Made by a program: the position numbers and the translations under genes. Shown in pieces: positions 41,905 through 51,084 of a stretch of 64,000 nucleotides of DNA. The notes beneath the pieces are model-generated. The model saw only the letters and a program-made list of their open reading frames with translations. It had not been told where the DNA came from and did not search any database. Location of the stretch: the IMG/VR virus record IMGVR_UViG_3300016486_001578. The stretch is one strand, 5' to 3'. This DNA comes from a virus (Duplodnaviria > Caudoviricetes). The stretch's first letter is position 1; each line of letters opens with the position of its first letter.

Positions 41905-42141
41905 ATGACAAATAGAAAACACTGGACAATAAAATTAAAAGAATGTCCATATTGCTGTGAGAAGATTGAAATAACACAAAGTGGTATGGATAAACAATCA
42001 CCAATTCTCAGATTAATAAAATTATCAAAAGAGCATACAAAAAATTGTAGCGATGGAAAATCAGGAGCTATAGTTAATGTTACAATAAGAGAAAGAAACG
42101 GAAATTTAATAACCTACAAAGACGGTAAAATAATAATATGA
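41905..42141 (+). CDS. small hypothetical protein
   Basis: CPYC...H...C. Confidence 0.55.
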   Translation: MTNRKHWTIKLKECPYCCEKIEITQSGMDKQSPILRLIKLSKEHTKNCSDGKSGAIVNVTIRERNGNLITYKDGKIII

Positions 42142-42229
42142 AAAGAATAAATGGTTTAAAAAACAAAAAACCAGAAAAATAATATTTTGTAGAATTTTAA
42201 ACTAATTTATATTAAAAAATATAAATATT

Positions 42230-42547
42230 ATGGAACAATTCAAAATAGATAAAAACCCAAGGCTAAATAAATTTTACAAAAAAATATTAGATTTTTTTAC
42301 AAAAAAATATAAAAATACAGAAAGTCTAGTGATAGACCCAACCTCGGTTAAGTTACCAACGCCATATTGTTTGGTAATACGATATTCAGTAACAAACAAA
42401 GCCGAGAAGTATGAATTAGTTTTACAGGGAGATTGGAGAACTTGGTATGCTGAAATGGCAAATGATTCTGATTTAGAAAAACCAAAAGAATTGGATGTTG
42501 TTATGACTATAAGACACAAACATGATAAATCACTTAAATTAAATTAA
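42230..42547 (+). CDS. hypothetical protein
   Basis: 105-aa ORF ending at a terminator. Confidence 0.6.
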   Translation: MEQFKIDKNPRLNKFYKKILDFFTKKYKNTESLVIDPTSVKLPTPYCLVIRYSVTNKAEKYELVLQGDWRTWYAEMANDSDLEKPKELDVVMTIRHKHDKSLKLN

Positions 42548-42550
42548 AAA

Positions 42551-42583
42551 AAAAAGAGGAAATATAATATTTCCTCTTTTTTT
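42551..42583. terminator. bidirectional intrinsic terminator
   Basis: AAAAAGAGGAAAT...ATTTCCTCTTTTT between convergent genes. Confidence 0.7.
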
Positions 42584-42600
42584 TAATTTAAATTTTTAAT

Positions 42601-43431
42601 TTAATTTTGTTGTTCATTCATTTGTTCATTGAATCCCAATAGGAAATTTCTATAAAATTCATCAACATTTTCAGACATTGATGCCTCTTGTAAAAAGTTC
42701 TCAAAAGTTTCTAAGTAATTACTTTGACAAGTCTCAGCATCTAAAAACATTCCATAATGAACATCCTTAACAAGTGATGCTAATTGATCAGATCCTAAGG
42801 TAGTTATAACCATTTGGTTGGCCTCGAAATCACCACTGAAACCATAAGATTCTCCTAGGTTGTTCCAATATTCATCAACACAATTATTATTATTATTATT
42901 ATTATTATTATCACAACCAAATCCCATCATAGAAACTTCCTCGATTACTGGATTAGCAAAATTTGCTAAGAAATCTCCAAAATCTTCAGCTCCTTGTGAA
43001 TCTTGTAGGAATTGTTGGAAAACCTCAGGTTGTCCTATGATATCATAGTAATGTTGTAATGACCCTTGTTGAGCATTTAAATCCATGCCGAAAAATAAAT
43101 TATAATTATTCTGAACATCTGATGTAAAGTTTAGATTACAGAACCAACCATTCAATGAATTATTATCATAGTTACCACCTTGGCAATCACAATCATCAAA
43201 CTGACCATCACATGGTTCTTTACAACAATCAAATTCTGCACAATTTTCACATTCCTCTAATTTACCTAACAATATCATTGCTACGTCATTTGCTTTTTGT
43301 ATTACTGCTTCTCCCAGTATTCCTTCTTGTTTTAAATTAACTGCTGCTTCTGAGAACCTCAATATAGCCTCTGAAATTTCTGTTAAACTTGGTCCTTGAT
43401 CATTTTGATATTGGTAATTTTGATCTTCCAT
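42601..43431 (-). CDS. acidic Asn/Gln/Cys-rich protein
   Basis: Poly-Asn tract, Cys cluster, few basic residues. Confidence 0.7.
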   Translation of the reverse strand: MEDQNYQYQNDQGPSLTEISEAILRFSEAAVNLKQEGILGEAVIQKANDVAMILLGKLEECENCAEFDCCKEPCDGQFDDCDCQGGNYDNNSLNGWFCNLNFTSDVQNNYNLFFGMDLNAQQGSLQHYYDIIGQPEVFQQFLQDSQGAEDFGDFLANFANPVIEEVSMMGFGCDNNNNNNNNNCVDEYWNNLGESYGFSGDFEANQMVITTLGSDQLASLVKDVHYGMFLDAETCQSNYLETFENFLQEASMSENVDEFYRNFLLGFNEQMNEQQN

Positions 43432-43495
43432 ATAATGTTTTATTTTTTTATTCTAATAGATATATTATATATTAATAGCAATAATAGTATTTTAT

Positions 43496-44416
43496 CTAAT
43501 TTGATTCTTTTTTATCTTTTTTATCTTTTCTTTTTCTATATAACCAAGTAAAAAGAGGTATAAAAATAGTTGTTGTTATTCCTGCCATTTCTTTCCACCA
43601 TTTTAAAAACCATTCTGAGAAACTAAATACCCAATTACTCTGTACTGGTATATTCTTCTCATACACAACAATATCTCTTCCAGATATTGTTATTATCATT
43701 TTTATATAGTGATCACCTGGTTTAAGTGGTCTAATTCGCCAAACCCATTCTGTGTATCCATCTTCTGATAACGTCTGTTCAGCATTATCACCAACCATAG
43801 AAACTTCAAAGAATCCATCATCGGTGTATAAAACAGCAGACATTATACTATCCACTTTTATACTCTCGACTATTATATCATCAGAGCTTCCCTTTTTAAC
43901 TATTGGTATATTTCTATTACCAATTATTATGCTTTCTATTTTCTTTAAATAACTTATTCTAAGTTTTATAGTGGAGTATTTATTTACCTCAAAATCACTT
44001 GGTACATTATATGCTATTGTTCCATCTGATTTTTCGGAATCATTTGTTAGATCTATTATATTGAAATCTGTGGATATATCAGTAGATGTGTTATTAGTAG
44101 ACGTATTATTAGTGATTATTAGTGAATTTTGTTTTTTAGCTGATTTGGATTCCTCTATAATAATTGGATAAGATTCCACATATTCTGGATCAATATTGTA
44201 CTCTATATAATCAGGCTCTATATAATCAGGCTCTATGTATTCCACATAATCAACTATTGGTTCTATATAATCCACAACACCATTTTCGTCTTCTATAATT
44301 GGTCCAAATCTGCCTGGGTTTGATATTGTATCATTAATGTGATCATCTTCCATATAAGTAGATGTTGACTTACAAGATGATAAAAAAAACAAAGTAAAAA
44401 ATATAAAAATTCTCAT
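43496..44416 (-). CDS. putative lipoprotein with C-terminal TM helix
   Basis: LSSC lipobox; YIEPD repeats; hydrophobic helix plus basic tail. Confidence 0.65.
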   Translation of the reverse strand: MRIFIFFTLFFLSSCKSTSTYMEDDHINDTISNPGRFGPIIEDENGVVDYIEPIVDYVEYIEPDYIEPDYIEYNIDPEYVESYPIIIEESKSAKKQNSLIITNNTSTNNTSTDISTDFNIIDLTNDSEKSDGTIAYNVPSDFEVNKYSTIKLRISYLKKIESIIIGNRNIPIVKKGSSDDIIVESIKVDSIMSAVLYTDDGFFEVSMVGDNAEQTLSEDGYTEWVWRIRPLKPGDHYIKMIITISGRDIVVYEKNIPVQSNWVFSFSEWFLKWWKEMAGITTTIFIPLFTWLYRKRKDKKDKKESN

Positions 44417-44891
44417 ATAATATATATAAAAATATATTAATAAAAAATACTTTATAGATTATTTTATATCTACTAGATTGTTCTGTAGCTAATTCATCAC
44501 ACCTCTCGTTCTCTGGGTGCCCATTGTGTCCCTTTACCCAAAATAATTGTATATCACTGAATTTATTGTATATAGATAAAAATCTTTTCCATAGGTCTGG
44601 GTTTTTCTTACCAGCCATATTTGGTTTTTTTGACCAATTAAATAACCAACCTTTATTAACCGAATCAACAACATATTTAGAATCGCTATATATCTCTATT
44701 GGGTATTTTTTTGATTTTATGGACTCCATAGCCTCTATAACGGCGGTTAATTCCATTCTATTGTTTGTTGATTTTTTTTCACCACCGGAAATTTCTTTTA
44801 TTTTATCACGAAACTTCATAACAACACCCCAACCACCTGGTCCTGGGTTTCCCAAAGAGCTACCATCGGTATATATGTATAATTTATCCAT
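44370..44891 (-). CDS. rnhA: ribonuclease HI (3' end uncertain)
   Basis: YTDGSSLGNPGPGG, TNNRMEL, DSKYV, WVKGH, NERCDELA. Confidence 0.95.
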   Translation of the reverse strand: MDKLYIYTDGSSLGNPGPGGWGVVMKFRDKIKEISGGEKKSTNNRMELTAVIEAMESIKSKKYPIEIYSDSKYVVDSVNKGWLFNWSKKPNMAGKKNPDLWKRFLSIYNKFSDIQLFWVKGHNGHPENERCDELATEQSSRYKIIYKVFFINIFLYILYENFYIFYFVFFIIL

Positions 44892-44924
44892 ATTATTTGT
44901 AATTAAAAAATTGTAATAAGTTTA

Positions 44925-45629
44925 TTAATTAAACAAAAGGTTATAATCCTCGAATGATAAAATATTAGACTCTTTGATAAATTTTGTTTTAACTTTATTT
45001 ATTATGTCATTTATATCCTTATATCTGTTGTCTTTAAAATTCTTAACATGACCAACCATAGATTTTAATCCGTTTAGAATATCTTCTAGGAAGTGTTTTA
45101 CTGTAAAAGCACCTATACCAATTGAAGTACTTATTGTTTTCCCGCCTATATCAGTTGAGAATGCTCCAAATATATCCGAAAAAGATAGATCACCGGCTTT
45201 TATTATATTCGAAAATGTTGCAGCAAATGGAACAAACAAAGCAGTGTATGCAAATAATTCATAATAATCCTTTAGTACTTTGCCGGATTTTTTTAAGAAA
45301 AAGTCAACTATTTTTTTAAAAATTCTTATTATCTCTGTGGTGCTTTTTAAAATATAAAATAGTTCTTTTTCTTTTATCTTATCTATAATACCCTTATATT
45401 TCTCACTTGGTTCATCCAAAATCATAGCAATGGATGCTATTGTCAAATAAACGATAGAATCGGTTCCAATTTCAAGTGTTGGGTTTGAGTTAATTAATAG
45501 CCTTTCTATTATTGGATAAAAACCTCTAACTGTTGGAGCTAATATAAATACAAACTGGTATTCATACTTCAATTGTTTTAGTAGGTTATTGACCTTCTTT
45601 TCGGTTTCTTTATTTTTAAAAAATATCAT
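44925..45629 (-). CDS. hypothetical membrane-associated protein
   Basis: Hydrophobic segments; ends ILSFEDY. Confidence 0.6.
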   Translation of the reverse strand: MIFFKNKETEKKVNNLLKQLKYEYQFVFILAPTVRGFYPIIERLLINSNPTLEIGTDSIVYLTIASIAMILDEPSEKYKGIIDKIKEKELFYILKSTTEIIRIFKKIVDFFLKKSGKVLKDYYELFAYTALFVPFAATFSNIIKAGDLSFSDIFGAFSTDIGGKTISTSIGIGAFTVKHFLEDILNGLKSMVGHVKNFKDNRYKDINDIINKVKTKFIKESNILSFEDYNLLFN

Positions 45630-45639
45630 GAATTATATA

Positions 45640-46116
45640 TTAATTATATATTTTACTTTTATCCAAATGCCTTAGTATTTGTTGTTGGCTTGGGTCCAAT
45701 ACCTTTTTGGCTTTATTTATAGAATAGAACTTAACATCATAAATTTCCTCATCTACCCTATTCAAGACTTTCTTTTTTATTTTATACTTGGTTCCTAACC
45801 ACTTATCTATCTCTTCTTTGGTCTTATAATAGAAGTATACGGTCATTACCTTTCTTTTATTTCCTCTTTTATAATTTATAGTTTTTTTATGAGAGTATGA
45901 TTTGTCTAGTTTTATACCAGTTTCTTCTTTTAACTCTTTTAGAGCTGATTTTAATCTACTGCTACCATCTATATGACCCTTTGGTAATGACCACATATCT
46001 GATGTTTTTTTATGTTTTTCTGAATGAACTAATAGGATTTTACCATCAACCACCAAAGATACACCAGACAATTTATCCACACTTTTATATGATTCGAATG
46101 TTTTTATAAATAACAT
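45640..46116 (-). CDS. NUDIX hydrolase
   Basis: LPKGHID...ALKELKEETG. Confidence 0.9.
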   Translation of the reverse strand: MLFIKTFESYKSVDKLSGVSLVVDGKILLVHSEKHKKTSDMWSLPKGHIDGSSRLKSALKELKEETGIKLDKSYSHKKTINYKRGNKRKVMTVYFYYKTKEEIDKWLGTKYKIKKKVLNRVDEEIYDVKFYSINKAKKVLDPSQQQILRHLDKSKIYN

Positions 46117-46170
46117 AGAGTATATATAAAAAAAACAATTATTATATTTACTATATAAAATATAAATATT

Positions 46171-46326
46171 ATGAAATTACAAAAACTCAAAAAAATTAGT
46201 GATGTGTTCAAGAAACACAACAGAAATAGGAGAATAAATGATTTATTAGGAATAAAGAATACTGAACCAAAAATAATTGATTTTGAAATAGATTATAAAT
46301 ATTCTACTATAAAAAATATTAAATAA
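46171..46326 (+). CDS. small hypothetical protein (51 aa)
   Basis: Read manually; contains RNRRINDLLG. Confidence 0.45.
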   Translation: MKLQKLKKISDVFKKHNRNRRINDLLGIKNTEPKIIDFEIDYKYSTIKNIK

Positions 46327-46415
46327 AATATGGAAAATGGAAAAACTCCCAAAGCAAAGAAGGAATTAAAAGAAGAAGAATATGAAAAATTCACAAAAGA
46401 AGAAATAAAATCATT

Positions 46416-46976
46416 TTGGAAAAAGAAAATAAAATCAATAAAGGGGAAAAGATAGCCAGAAAAATAAAAATAAAATCACCAATAACCATAATATTTTCAT
46501 TAATTTGTGTGGTAGCTTTTTTGTTAGGTAATCCAAATATGTTTATATTAGGATCTGGTAATGTATTTGGTGTTTTTCTTTGGATATTTGGACATAATGG
46601 TATAGAACACTTAATTGGTAATCTACTACCAATATTAATAATAGGTCCGGTATTAGAATCTAGATATAGTAAAAAAACACTAATATCATTAATAACACTA
46701 ACAACACTAACAACATCAATACTTCATTTATTTTTATTTCAAGACTCAGTAACTGGTGCTAGTGGCATATTATGTATGTTTGCAATACTAACGTTAATGG
46801 GTAAAGAAGATGGTGAGATACCACTTATGGCTGTGGTATTTACATTCTTTGTAATGGTATCACAAATATTATCAGGAGCACAGATGAATGGTATTTCCGA
46901 ATTTTCACACATAATTGGTATATTAATGGGATTTTTATTCGGATTAATAATAAAGAGAGATAAAGATTATATATAA
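46416..46976 (+). CDS. rhomboid intramembrane serine protease
   Basis: HLIGN, GASG, SHIIG; multiple TM helices. Confidence 0.88.
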   Translation: MEKENKINKGEKIARKIKIKSPITIIFSLICVVAFLLGNPNMFILGSGNVFGVFLWIFGHNGIEHLIGNLLPILIIGPVLESRYSKKTLISLITLTTLTTSILHLFLFQDSVTGASGILCMFAILTLMGKEDGEIPLMAVVFTFFVMVSQILSGAQMNGISEFSHIIGILMGFLFGLIIKRDKDYI

Positions 46977-46980
46977 TGAC

Positions 46981-47574
46981 ATGATGGATAGTTTGTTAAT
47001 AATGGTGTTTAGTGGTATAATAAATTGTACCACTTGTATAGGAATAGATATGACGGAATATAGAATGTTATATGACACATTATATCAAGTACCAGTGGTT
47101 ACAGTATACTCAATAAATGAGTCAGAAAAATTAGAAGTTGTAGAAAGAGGAAATTGGTTAGAGAGTGAGAAACACTTAGGCATAAATACACCAGACTACA
47201 ATGAACATTTCTATAAAACAGGATATGATAGAGGACATCTTGTTCCACTAGATAATATGAAATACTCTAAAGAAGCAATGAATAGAGCTTGTTTGGATAT
47301 AAATATGACAAAACAAAATGCTTCTTTTAATAGAGGTGTTTGGAGAGAGATAGAAGAAGATGTAACAGAGATAATAGATACCTCTGATTTTACAATAGTA
47401 GTCACTGGGGTGGTTTATAAGAGAGGAAATGAGCTACCACCTATACCGACACACTATTATAAAATAGTTTACTCTGGTGAGTGGATATATTGGTTATGTG
47501 AAAACAAAGCAGGACTTAGTGTTAATGGAAGTAGATGTGAATATGATGATATATTAGAACTTATAGAAAAATAA
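46981..47574 (+). CDS. DNA/RNA non-specific endonuclease
   Basis: GYDRGHL, QNASFNRGVW, IPTHYYK. Confidence 0.88.
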   Translation: MMDSLLIMVFSGIINCTTCIGIDMTEYRMLYDTLYQVPVVTVYSINESEKLEVVERGNWLESEKHLGINTPDYNEHFYKTGYDRGHLVPLDNMKYSKEAMNRACLDINMTKQNASFNRGVWREIEEDVTEIIDTSDFTIVVTGVVYKRGNELPPIPTHYYKIVYSGEWIYWLCENKAGLSVNGSRCEYDDILELIEK

Positions 47575-47748
47575 AAATAGATATGAAATATTTAGAAAAT
47601 TTTAAAGAATCTGGATTAAAAAGAGTAGTGGCTTTTCAAGACGAGTTTGATAATAAATGGGGAGAATATAGAACCGGTGGTGATATAAATTTAACAGAAT
47701 TATACGCAAAAATTTGAAAAATAAGATAATTAGTATTATATTTACATA

Positions 47749-48069
47749 ATGATAAAAAATATAAGCGAGTCTCCCGAAAGATGGGTCATATTGAAATTAC
47801 CAAATAATAACTATAAAGTATTTGGAACTTGGGCTGGTGGTTATTTAGGAAGTGATAGATGGAAATTAAATTCTGGTATAAAAGAAGTTAGACAAGATGA
47901 TGATTTTTATTATTTTATAGGATTCAGTGGATCAGCTTATAAATGTCATAAAAAATCATACGGAACAGCTACTTCATATGGATTAGGAGTTTTAAATGAT
48001 ATAATAGAAAGTGGTGAAGGTAAAATTGAATTACTAGAAGATAACGATAAATGGGAATCTATTTTATAA
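47749..48069 (+). CDS. conserved-looking phage hypothetical protein
   Basis: WAGGYLGSDRWKLNSGI...GFSGSAYKC. Confidence 0.7.
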   Translation: MIKNISESPERWVILKLPNNNYKVFGTWAGGYLGSDRWKLNSGIKEVRQDDDFYYFIGFSGSAYKCHKKSYGTATSYGLGVLNDIIESGEGKIELLEDNDKWESIL

Positions 48070-48084
48070 AAAAATCACAAATAA

Positions 48085-48116
48085 TTTGATATTATGAAAA
48101 CTATTTCATATATTTG
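48085..48116 (+). promoter_or_regulatory. Bacteroidota-type sigma70 promoter of the tRNA operon
   Basis: TTTG (48085-88), 20 nt, TATATTTG (48109-16): perfect consensus; TTAATATATA also at 48147-56. Confidence 0.75.
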
Positions 48117-48180
48117 TGTTATAATACAAAAAGAGAGACAAACAATTTAATATATACAACAACAATAAATTAAGAATAAA

Positions 48181-48273
48181 ATGAAAACAATGACTACAAT
48201 GACAAAAAATATGAATACGGCAATTAATGCGGTGGGCGGAAATATTCGTGTCAGAGAGTTATGTATAATTTAA
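48181..48273 (+). CDS. putative attenuator leader peptide 2 (30 aa)
   Basis: MKTMTTMTKNMNTAINAVGGNIRVRELCII; residues 1-22 match the downstream tRNA set. Confidence 0.8.
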   Translation: MKTMTTMTKNMNTAINAVGGNIRVRELCII

Positions 48274-48294
48274 AAATATAAAATATAAAATTAT

Positions 48295-48327
48295 AAAAAC
48301 CCTCTGAGAAATCAGAGGGTTTTTTTT
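48295..48327 (+). terminator. intrinsic terminator/attenuator upstream of the tRNA cluster
   Basis: AAAAACCCTCTGA-GAAA-TCAGAGGGTTTTTTTT. Confidence 0.9.
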
Positions 48328-48339
48328 GTTTATGAATAT

Positions 48340-48413
48340 AGCGATATGGTGAAATTGGTTTATCACATGCTCCTCATAAGGGTAAATTCCGAGTTCGAGT
48401 CTCGGTATCGCTA
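48340..48413 (+). tRNA. tRNA-Met(CAU) (Ile2 not excluded)
   Basis: Acceptor AGCGATA/TATCGCT; loop CTCATAA. Confidence 0.88.
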
Positions 48414-48419
48414 CAAAAA

Positions 48420-48492
48420 GGGACCATAGTTTAATTGGCAAAAATAGTTGGCTTGCACCCATCAGACCCGAGTTCGACTCTCGGTGGATCCA
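48420..48492 (+). tRNA. tRNA-Ala(UGC)
   Basis: Loop CTTGCAC; G3:U70. Confidence 0.85.
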
Positions 48493-48520
48493 CAAGAAGG
48501 AATTCTATAAATTCAAAAAC

Positions 48521-48596
48521 GGGGTGACATGTTCCAAGGCTTTGGCGAGTTTGGTTTGCAACCAGACTGTGGTGGGTTCGATACCCATTCGCTCCA
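48521..48596 (+). tRNA. tRNA-Ala(UGC), atypical D arm
   Basis: Loop TTTGCAA; G3:U70; T arm GTGGG-TTCGATA-CCCAT. Confidence 0.75.
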
Positions 48597-48626
48597 CAAA
48601 AAGAAGGAATTCTATAAATTCAATAA

Positions 48627-48700
48627 TCCTTAATAACTCAGAGGTCTAGAGTGCCGTCCTGTTAAGTCGGAAGTCCTTGGTTCGAATCCAAGTTAGGGAG
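48627..48700 (+). tRNA. tRNA-Asn(GUU)
   Basis: Loop CTGTTAA; G73. Confidence 0.88.
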
Positions 48701-48732
48701 CAAAAAAAGAAGGAATTCTATAAATTCAACAT

Positions 48733-48804
48733 TGGTACGAATCCGAATGGTTAGGAGGCAAGCTGTTAACTTGTTATAAGAGAGTTCGATTCTCTCCGTG
48801 CCAG
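48733..48804 (+). tRNA. tRNA-Asn(GUU)
   Basis: Acceptor TGGTACG/CGTGCCA; loop CTGTTAA. Confidence 0.85.
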
Positions 48805-48870
48805 CTTAAAAAAGACTAATAACATTCTTTGTTAATAGACCATTATAATTAATAATAAAAAATATTAATT

Positions 48871-49329
48871 ATGATGAAAAAAATAAAGAATACTAAAAAA
48901 GTCACTGATAAAAAAATAAAAGAAATTAAAAAATTATATGAAAAACTAAAAAGTTCTAGAAAAGTAGCCGAGAAACTAAATATTTCAAAAACAACAGTAC
49001 TAAAATATACATCAACAAAAAAGATAATAGTTGATGATGAGACAAAAAAGAAAAGAGTCAAATCTGTTATAAGTTGGAGAAAAAGGAAGAAAAGAGAATT
49101 AGTAGAATACAAAGGAGGTAAATGTGAAATATGTGATTACAATAAATCACTTAGATCTCTAGATTTTCACCACAAAAATCCAAAAGAGAAGGATTTTGGA
49201 ATATCAGGAAAATCGTATTCTTTTGATAGATTAAAAAAAGAGGTGGATAAATGTGTGCTTGTTTGTAGTAATTGTCACGGAGAAATACATGATGATATAG
49301 AGCAATTTGGTTATTCAAATAAGATATAA
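48871..49329 (+). CDS. HTH + HNH homing endonuclease
   Basis: YKGGKCEIC...DFHH...CSNCHGEIH. Confidence 0.85.
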   Translation: MMKKIKNTKKVTDKKIKEIKKLYEKLKSSRKVAEKLNISKTTVLKYTSTKKIIVDDETKKKRVKSVISWRKRKKRELVEYKGGKCEICDYNKSLRSLDFHHKNPKEKDFGISGKSYSFDRLKKEVDKCVLVCSNCHGEIHDDIEQFGYSNKI

Positions 49330-49343
49330 GGAGGAAATTAAAA

Positions 49344-49814
49344 ATGGAAGATTTTAAAAAAGAAAGTGGAAAAGTTATTTATGATGTAAAAGAGTATATA
49401 TTGGATATTTTAAAAAACAATAAAGATACTAAAATACACATAGGAACTGATAGCCAAAAAAGGAAAGGAAAGTGGATACACTTTGCGACAGTTATATCTT
49501 TTAGATATGGAACAAGGGGAGCACATTATATTTATGCTTTCAGAAAAGAAGTAATGTTCAAAACTGTTGTACAAAGGTTGATGAGGGAAATTGAATTAAC
49601 CGTTGATTTATACCTTTGGTTAAAAGATGTGGTAGGAATAACTGCAAATGTCTTGGAAGCAGATGTTAATGAAGACAAAAAGTGGAAAAGTAATTTAGTA
49701 TATAATGCCGCTACGGGGTGGTTGATGGGAGTATCAGCACCAGAAACAGAAGTTTTGGCTAAGCCAGATCTTTTGGTAGCGGTTCGAGCAGCGAATCATT
49801 TATGTAATAGATGA
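49344..49814 (+). CDS. RNase H-like YkuK family protein
   Basis: IHIGTDSQ...ATVI...RLMRE...EADVN. Confidence 0.75.
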   Translation: MEDFKKESGKVIYDVKEYILDILKNNKDTKIHIGTDSQKRKGKWIHFATVISFRYGTRGAHYIYAFRKEVMFKTVVQRLMREIELTVDLYLWLKDVVGITANVLEADVNEDKKWKSNLVYNAATGWLMGVSAPETEVLAKPDLLVAVRAANHLCNR

Positions 49815-49885
49815 TAGATTGGGGTCTTCGAACTTATAGTTAGAGTCTTGCGCCAAGTAAAGCAAGAAACAAAGTAAACTAAAAA

Positions 49886-49971
49886 GCGCCTTTAGCTCAG
49901 TTGGTATCCGAGAGGTGAAGAGCATCCGCCTTTTAAGCGGAGGGTCATAGGTTCGAGTCCTATAAGGCGCA
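49886..49971 (+). tRNA. tRNA-Lys(UUU) with D-loop insertion
   Basis: Acceptor GCGCCTT/AAGGCGC; loop CTTTTAA. Confidence 0.88.
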
Positions 49972-50001
49972 CAAAATGAAAAAGAAAGAAACATTGAGTA
50001 T

Positions 50002-50082
50002 ACTCACATACCGTCCTAACCTGATAAGTTAGAGAAACGTAATTGGTTGTTGAAAATGTCGGTTCGATTCCGTCTGTGAGTA
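50002..50082 (+). tRNA. D-armless tRNA-Ile(GAU)-like RNA
   Basis: Perfect acceptor ACTCACA/TGTGAGT; CTAAC-CTGATAA-GTTAG; T arm present; no D arm; ~25-nt variable region. Confidence 0.65.
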
Positions 50083-50153
50083 CAAAGTCAAAAAATTAAC
50101 CATTGTGGTGAATAAAAGGCTCATAAGTTTTAATATATAAAAATAAAAAACTT

Positions 50154-50741
50154 ATGAAAACAAGAGATAAAGTAATAGAATTAAAAAAAATAGGAAAAAG
50201 TTATGACGAAATAAAAAAAGAATTAAATATATCAAAATCGACAATTAGTTATCACTGTAAGAGATATGGCCTAGATTACATAGGACCAACGAAAAAATTA
50301 GACGAATTAACTATAAAAGAAATAAAAAAATTCTGCGAAAGTAATACAATAAAGGAAGCCTCGGAAAAATTCAAGGTCTCTATAAGCTCAATAAAAAGAT
50401 ATAAAAGAAAAAAAGAAAAAATATCTTTAACAGATATAGAGAAGAAAAATAAACAAGTAACAAGAATAAGTAATTGGAGAAGAAAAATAAAACTTAAAGC
50501 ACTCGAATATAAGGGAGGTAAGTGTGAAAAATGTGGATATAATAGGTGTGTATCATCTATGGATTTTCATCATTTAGATCCAAATGAAAAAGATTTTGGA
50601 TTAAGCGGTAGTATAAAAAGTTGGGAAATAACAAAAAAGGAATTGGATAAGTGTATTTTGGTTTGTAAAAATTGTCACGGAGAAATACATAATAAAATTG
50701 AAGAAGAAAAGAGAGAAAAAAGATTAAAAAAATATAAATAA
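50154..50741 (+). CDS. HTH + HNH homing endonuclease (paralog of 48871)
   Basis: YKGGKCEKC...DFHH...CKNCHGEIH. Confidence 0.85.
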   Translation: MKTRDKVIELKKIGKSYDEIKKELNISKSTISYHCKRYGLDYIGPTKKLDELTIKEIKKFCESNTIKEASEKFKVSISSIKRYKRKKEKISLTDIEKKNKQVTRISNWRRKIKLKALEYKGGKCEKCGYNRCVSSMDFHHLDPNEKDFGLSGSIKSWEITKKELDKCILVCKNCHGEIHNKIEEEKREKRLKKYK

Positions 50742-50743
50742 AT

Positions 50744-50816
50744 GCTGGTGAAGCTCAATAGGAAGGGCGTCTGTTTTGTAATCAGAAAGCTGTGGGTTCG
50801 ACTCCCATCACTAGCT
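50744..50816 (+). tRNA. tRNA-Thr(UGU)
   Basis: Loop TTTGTAA; acceptor GCTGGTG/CACTAGC. Confidence 0.85.
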
Positions 50817-50821
50817 CAAAT

Positions 50822-50905
50822 GCTCCCGTGGTGTAATTGGTAACATCCTTCCCTTACATGGAAGAGACGAGAAGTAAAACATAGGTTCGAATCCTATCGG
50901 GAGTA
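50822..50905 (+). tRNA. tRNA-Val(UAC) with long variable region
   Basis: CTTCC-CTTACAT-GGAAG; 16-nt variable region. Confidence 0.8.
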
Positions 50906-50918
50906 CAAAAATAAAAAT

Positions 50919-50992
50919 GCTAGTGTAGCTCAGTTGGTCAGAGCAGGGATCTTGTAAGTCTCAGGTCGTAGGTTCGAATCCTATCACTAGCT
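50919..50992 (+). tRNA. tRNA-Thr(UGU)
   Basis: Canonical cloverleaf; loop CTTGTAA. Confidence 0.9.
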
Positions 50993-50998
50993 CAAAAT

Positions 50999-51073
50999 GG
51001 GAGTATATCTCAGTTGGTTTAGAGCAATTGTTTTACACACAATAGGTCGGGGATTCGAATTCCTCTAGTCCTA
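50999..51073 (+). tRNA. tRNA-Val(UAC)
   Basis: ATTGT-TTTACAC-ACAAT. Confidence 0.8.
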
Positions 51074-51084
51074 CAACACCATAA

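Larger units (their letters stand above)
48494..48729 (+). repeat. three exact 23-nt inter-tRNA spacer repeats
   Basis: AAGAAGGAATTCTATAAATTCAA at 48494, 48601 and 48707. Confidence 0.9.

Noticed and set aside
48521-48596. tRNA-Cys(GCA) reading; likewise Trp(CCA) for the tRNAs at 51085 and 52210
   Set aside because: Seven-nt loop register gives UGC and UCC; G3:U70 supports Ala, and GCG start with U73 supports Gly.
48494-48729. CRISPR mini-array
   Set aside because: The intervening sequences are tRNA genes; no cas genes.
49815-49870. Possible ncRNA hairpin before tRNA-Lys
   Set aside because: Only a short stem (TCTTGC/GCAAGA); not enough to call.
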